Positions 37,360 to 38,614 of a stretch of 38,614 nucleotides of DNA are shown here, one piece after another. The stretch lies in contig CAJFUS010000160.1 in assembly GCA_904420235.1 (NCBI GenBank), positions 1 through 38,614 of the forward strand. Direction: 5' to 3'. The translations under genes were made by a program, and so were the position numbers. Source of the stretch: Candidatus Neoanaerotignum tabaqchaliae (lineage in GTDB: Bacteria > Bacillota > Clostridia > Lachnospirales > Anaerotignaceae). The notes under the pieces are model-generated. The model was given only the letters and a program-made list of their open reading frames with translations, ran no database searches and was not told where the DNA came from. Each line of letters starts with the position of its first letter. The first letter of the stretch is position 1.

Positions 37360-37938
37360 TTAGGCGTTAACTACGCTTAAACAGCAGTCCTCTATAATTA
37401 TTTTTTTATAAAGAGCTTCATAAAGCTTTATAAATCTGTCTTCGGCCTCGCTGAAAGGTATTGTTTTAAACTCCGGCCTTGTTTTAAGAAACGGAACTGT
37501 ATCACTTGTTCTTTCTCCCATAAAGTGCATAAACTCGTGGTATAAAAGGGCGTCGTCAATATCCTTTACGTCCTTTGCCTCGGTTTTGTCGGGAAGCGAA
37601 CCGGCAAACTTTTCATATATGGCGTTTTGTATCGTTTTTTCTATTTCTAAATAGCCGGGAATGAGTTTTTTAACTGGCCTTGTTATGTCGGCTATATACG
37701 CCTCGCTTCCATCATGAAGAAGACAGCACATAGCCGTTTTTGCCGTAAGGTCCCTTGCTATTGCCTCTTCGCAGCAGTGTATGGAGTGCTGGCATACGGA
37801 ATAAAACTGTGGGAAATGTCCGTTGGCCCTTGACATAAATGAAAGAGCGTGGGCTATATCGCGTATATCAATATCCTTTTTGTTTGGTGAAAGCGGCATA
37901 AGATGTTTTTTTGTGTATGTTGTAATAAAATCGTTCAT
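37360..37938 (-). CDS. HD-superfamily phosphohydrolase (YfbR/YfdR-like 5'-deoxynucleotidase type)
   Basis: DIAHALS...R.NGH...YSVCQHS, LLHDGSEAYIADI..PVK; AAGGAGG RBS. Confidence 0.85.
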   Translation of the reverse strand: MNDFITTYTKKHLMPLSPNKKDIDIRDIAHALSFMSRANGHFPQFYSVCQHSIHCCEEAIARDLTAKTAMCCLLHDGSEAYIADITRPVKKLIPGYLEIEKTIQNAIYEKFAGSLPDKTEAKDVKDIDDALLYHEFMHFMGERTSDTVPFLKTRPEFKTIPFSEAEDRFIKLYEALYKKIIIEDCCLSVVNA

Positions 37939-38030
37939 GGTTAATCCTCCTTTGTGTCTGTAAATTTATTATATGAACTGTCACAAGCCTTTTATTTATA
38001 TTATTCAGCTATGTTGTATTTTGTTAATTA

Positions 38031-38070
38031 AAAACCTCGCTTAAACGTTTGTAAAAACGTTAAAACGAGG
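38031..38070 (-). terminator. Probable terminator after purE
   Basis: CCTCG...AACGTTT / AAACGTT...CGAGG hairpin followed by T-tract on the minus strand. Confidence 0.6.
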
Positions 38071-38078
38071 CGAATAAG

Positions 38079-38600
38079 TTATTTTTTCATATTCTCAATG
38101 TAAGACGCATATTTTATTTCCTCAAGCTTTTCGGCTTTTTTAATAACCGTTTCCTCAAGGCCTTTTTTAAAGTTTTCAACTCTTTCATATATATCGCTGT
38201 CATAAGCGCCCAAAATTTGCGCGGCAAGTATACCGGCGTTTTGAGCCCCGTTTATGGCTACGGTTGCTACAGGTATTCCCGGCGGCATTTGGCATATGGA
38301 GTAGAGAGAGTCAACTCCGCTTAATGTTGATGTTTTTACGGGCACGCCGATAACAGGTACGCTTGTCATGGCCGCCGTCATTCCGGGAAGGTGCGCCGCT
38401 CCGCCGGCTCCGGCTATAATTACCTTTATGCCTCTTTTATGGGCATTGTGGGCATACTCATACATTCTGTCGGGCGTTCTGTGGGCCGATATTATAGTAA
38501 GCTCATATTCAATGCTAAGTTTATCAAGCAGCTTGGCCGCTTCGCTCATTACGGGAAGGTCGGAATCGCTTCCCATTATTATACCAACCTTTGGACTCAT
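38079..38600 (-). CDS. purE: N5-carboxyaminoimidazole ribonucleotide mutase
   Basis: [34 protein letters not shown]. Confidence 0.97.
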   Translation of the reverse strand: MSPKVGIIMGSDSDLPVMSEAAKLLDKLSIEYELTIISAHRTPDRMYEYAHNAHKRGIKVIIAGAGGAAHLPGMTAAMTSVPVIGVPVKTSTLSGVDSLYSICQMPPGIPVATVAINGAQNAGILAAQILGAYDSDIYERVENFKKGLEETVIKKAEKLEEIKYASYIENMKK

Positions 38601-38614
38601 AATAATTCACCTCA

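Noticed and set aside
35178-37938. Prophage replication module (DnaD-like + DnaC-like + HD hydrolase)
   Set aside because: No integrase, repressor or structural genes; flanked by housekeeping genes, the HD gene is convergent, and a chromosomal DnaD-DnaC pair is normal in Clostridia

Overview
A low-GC Clostridia-type (Lachnospirales-like) chromosomal window; the taxonomy is inferred from gene content, gene order and sigma-A/Shine-Dalgarno style. I see no rRNA, tRNA, CRISPR array, transposase, integrase or prophage. About 1-13 kb is an accessory-looking metabolic patchwork: a creatininase-family amidohydrolase, a ThrE exporter pair, an AEC transporter plus CocE/NonD hydrolase divergent from an atypical stand-alone IlvD-family dehydratase, a DUF2148-like/MarR pair with a perfect operator-like palindrome, a GNAT / non-canonical LDH / Cys-rich microprotein operon divergent from an orphan TrpX-like binding protein, a cluster of DnaA-box-like 9-mers, and an Fe-ADH. 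About 13-24 kb is a complete type II fatty-acid synthesis cluster (fabX-like gene divergent from fabT-fabH-acpP-fabK-fabD-fabG-fabF-accB-fabZ-accC-accD-accA) with a FabT-type operator. About 24-38.6 kb is housekeeping: HIT, ferritin-like protein, murG, cyclophilin lipoprotein, pyrG, USP, SEC-C protein, sua5, rpiB, upp, tagO-like, rubrerythrin, DnaD-like/DnaC-like pair, HD hydrolase and purE. Two small ORFs missing from the ORF track were found (56 aa membrane protein, 39 aa cationic peptide). The best leads for something undescribed are (i) the putative aromatic/branched 2-hydroxy-acid module at 8.5-11.5 kb, (ii) the AEC-CocE-IlvD-paralogue catabolic module, (iii) the DnaA-box cluster and (iv) the cationic microprotein. 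All family calls come from motif recognition by eye, not from database searches.
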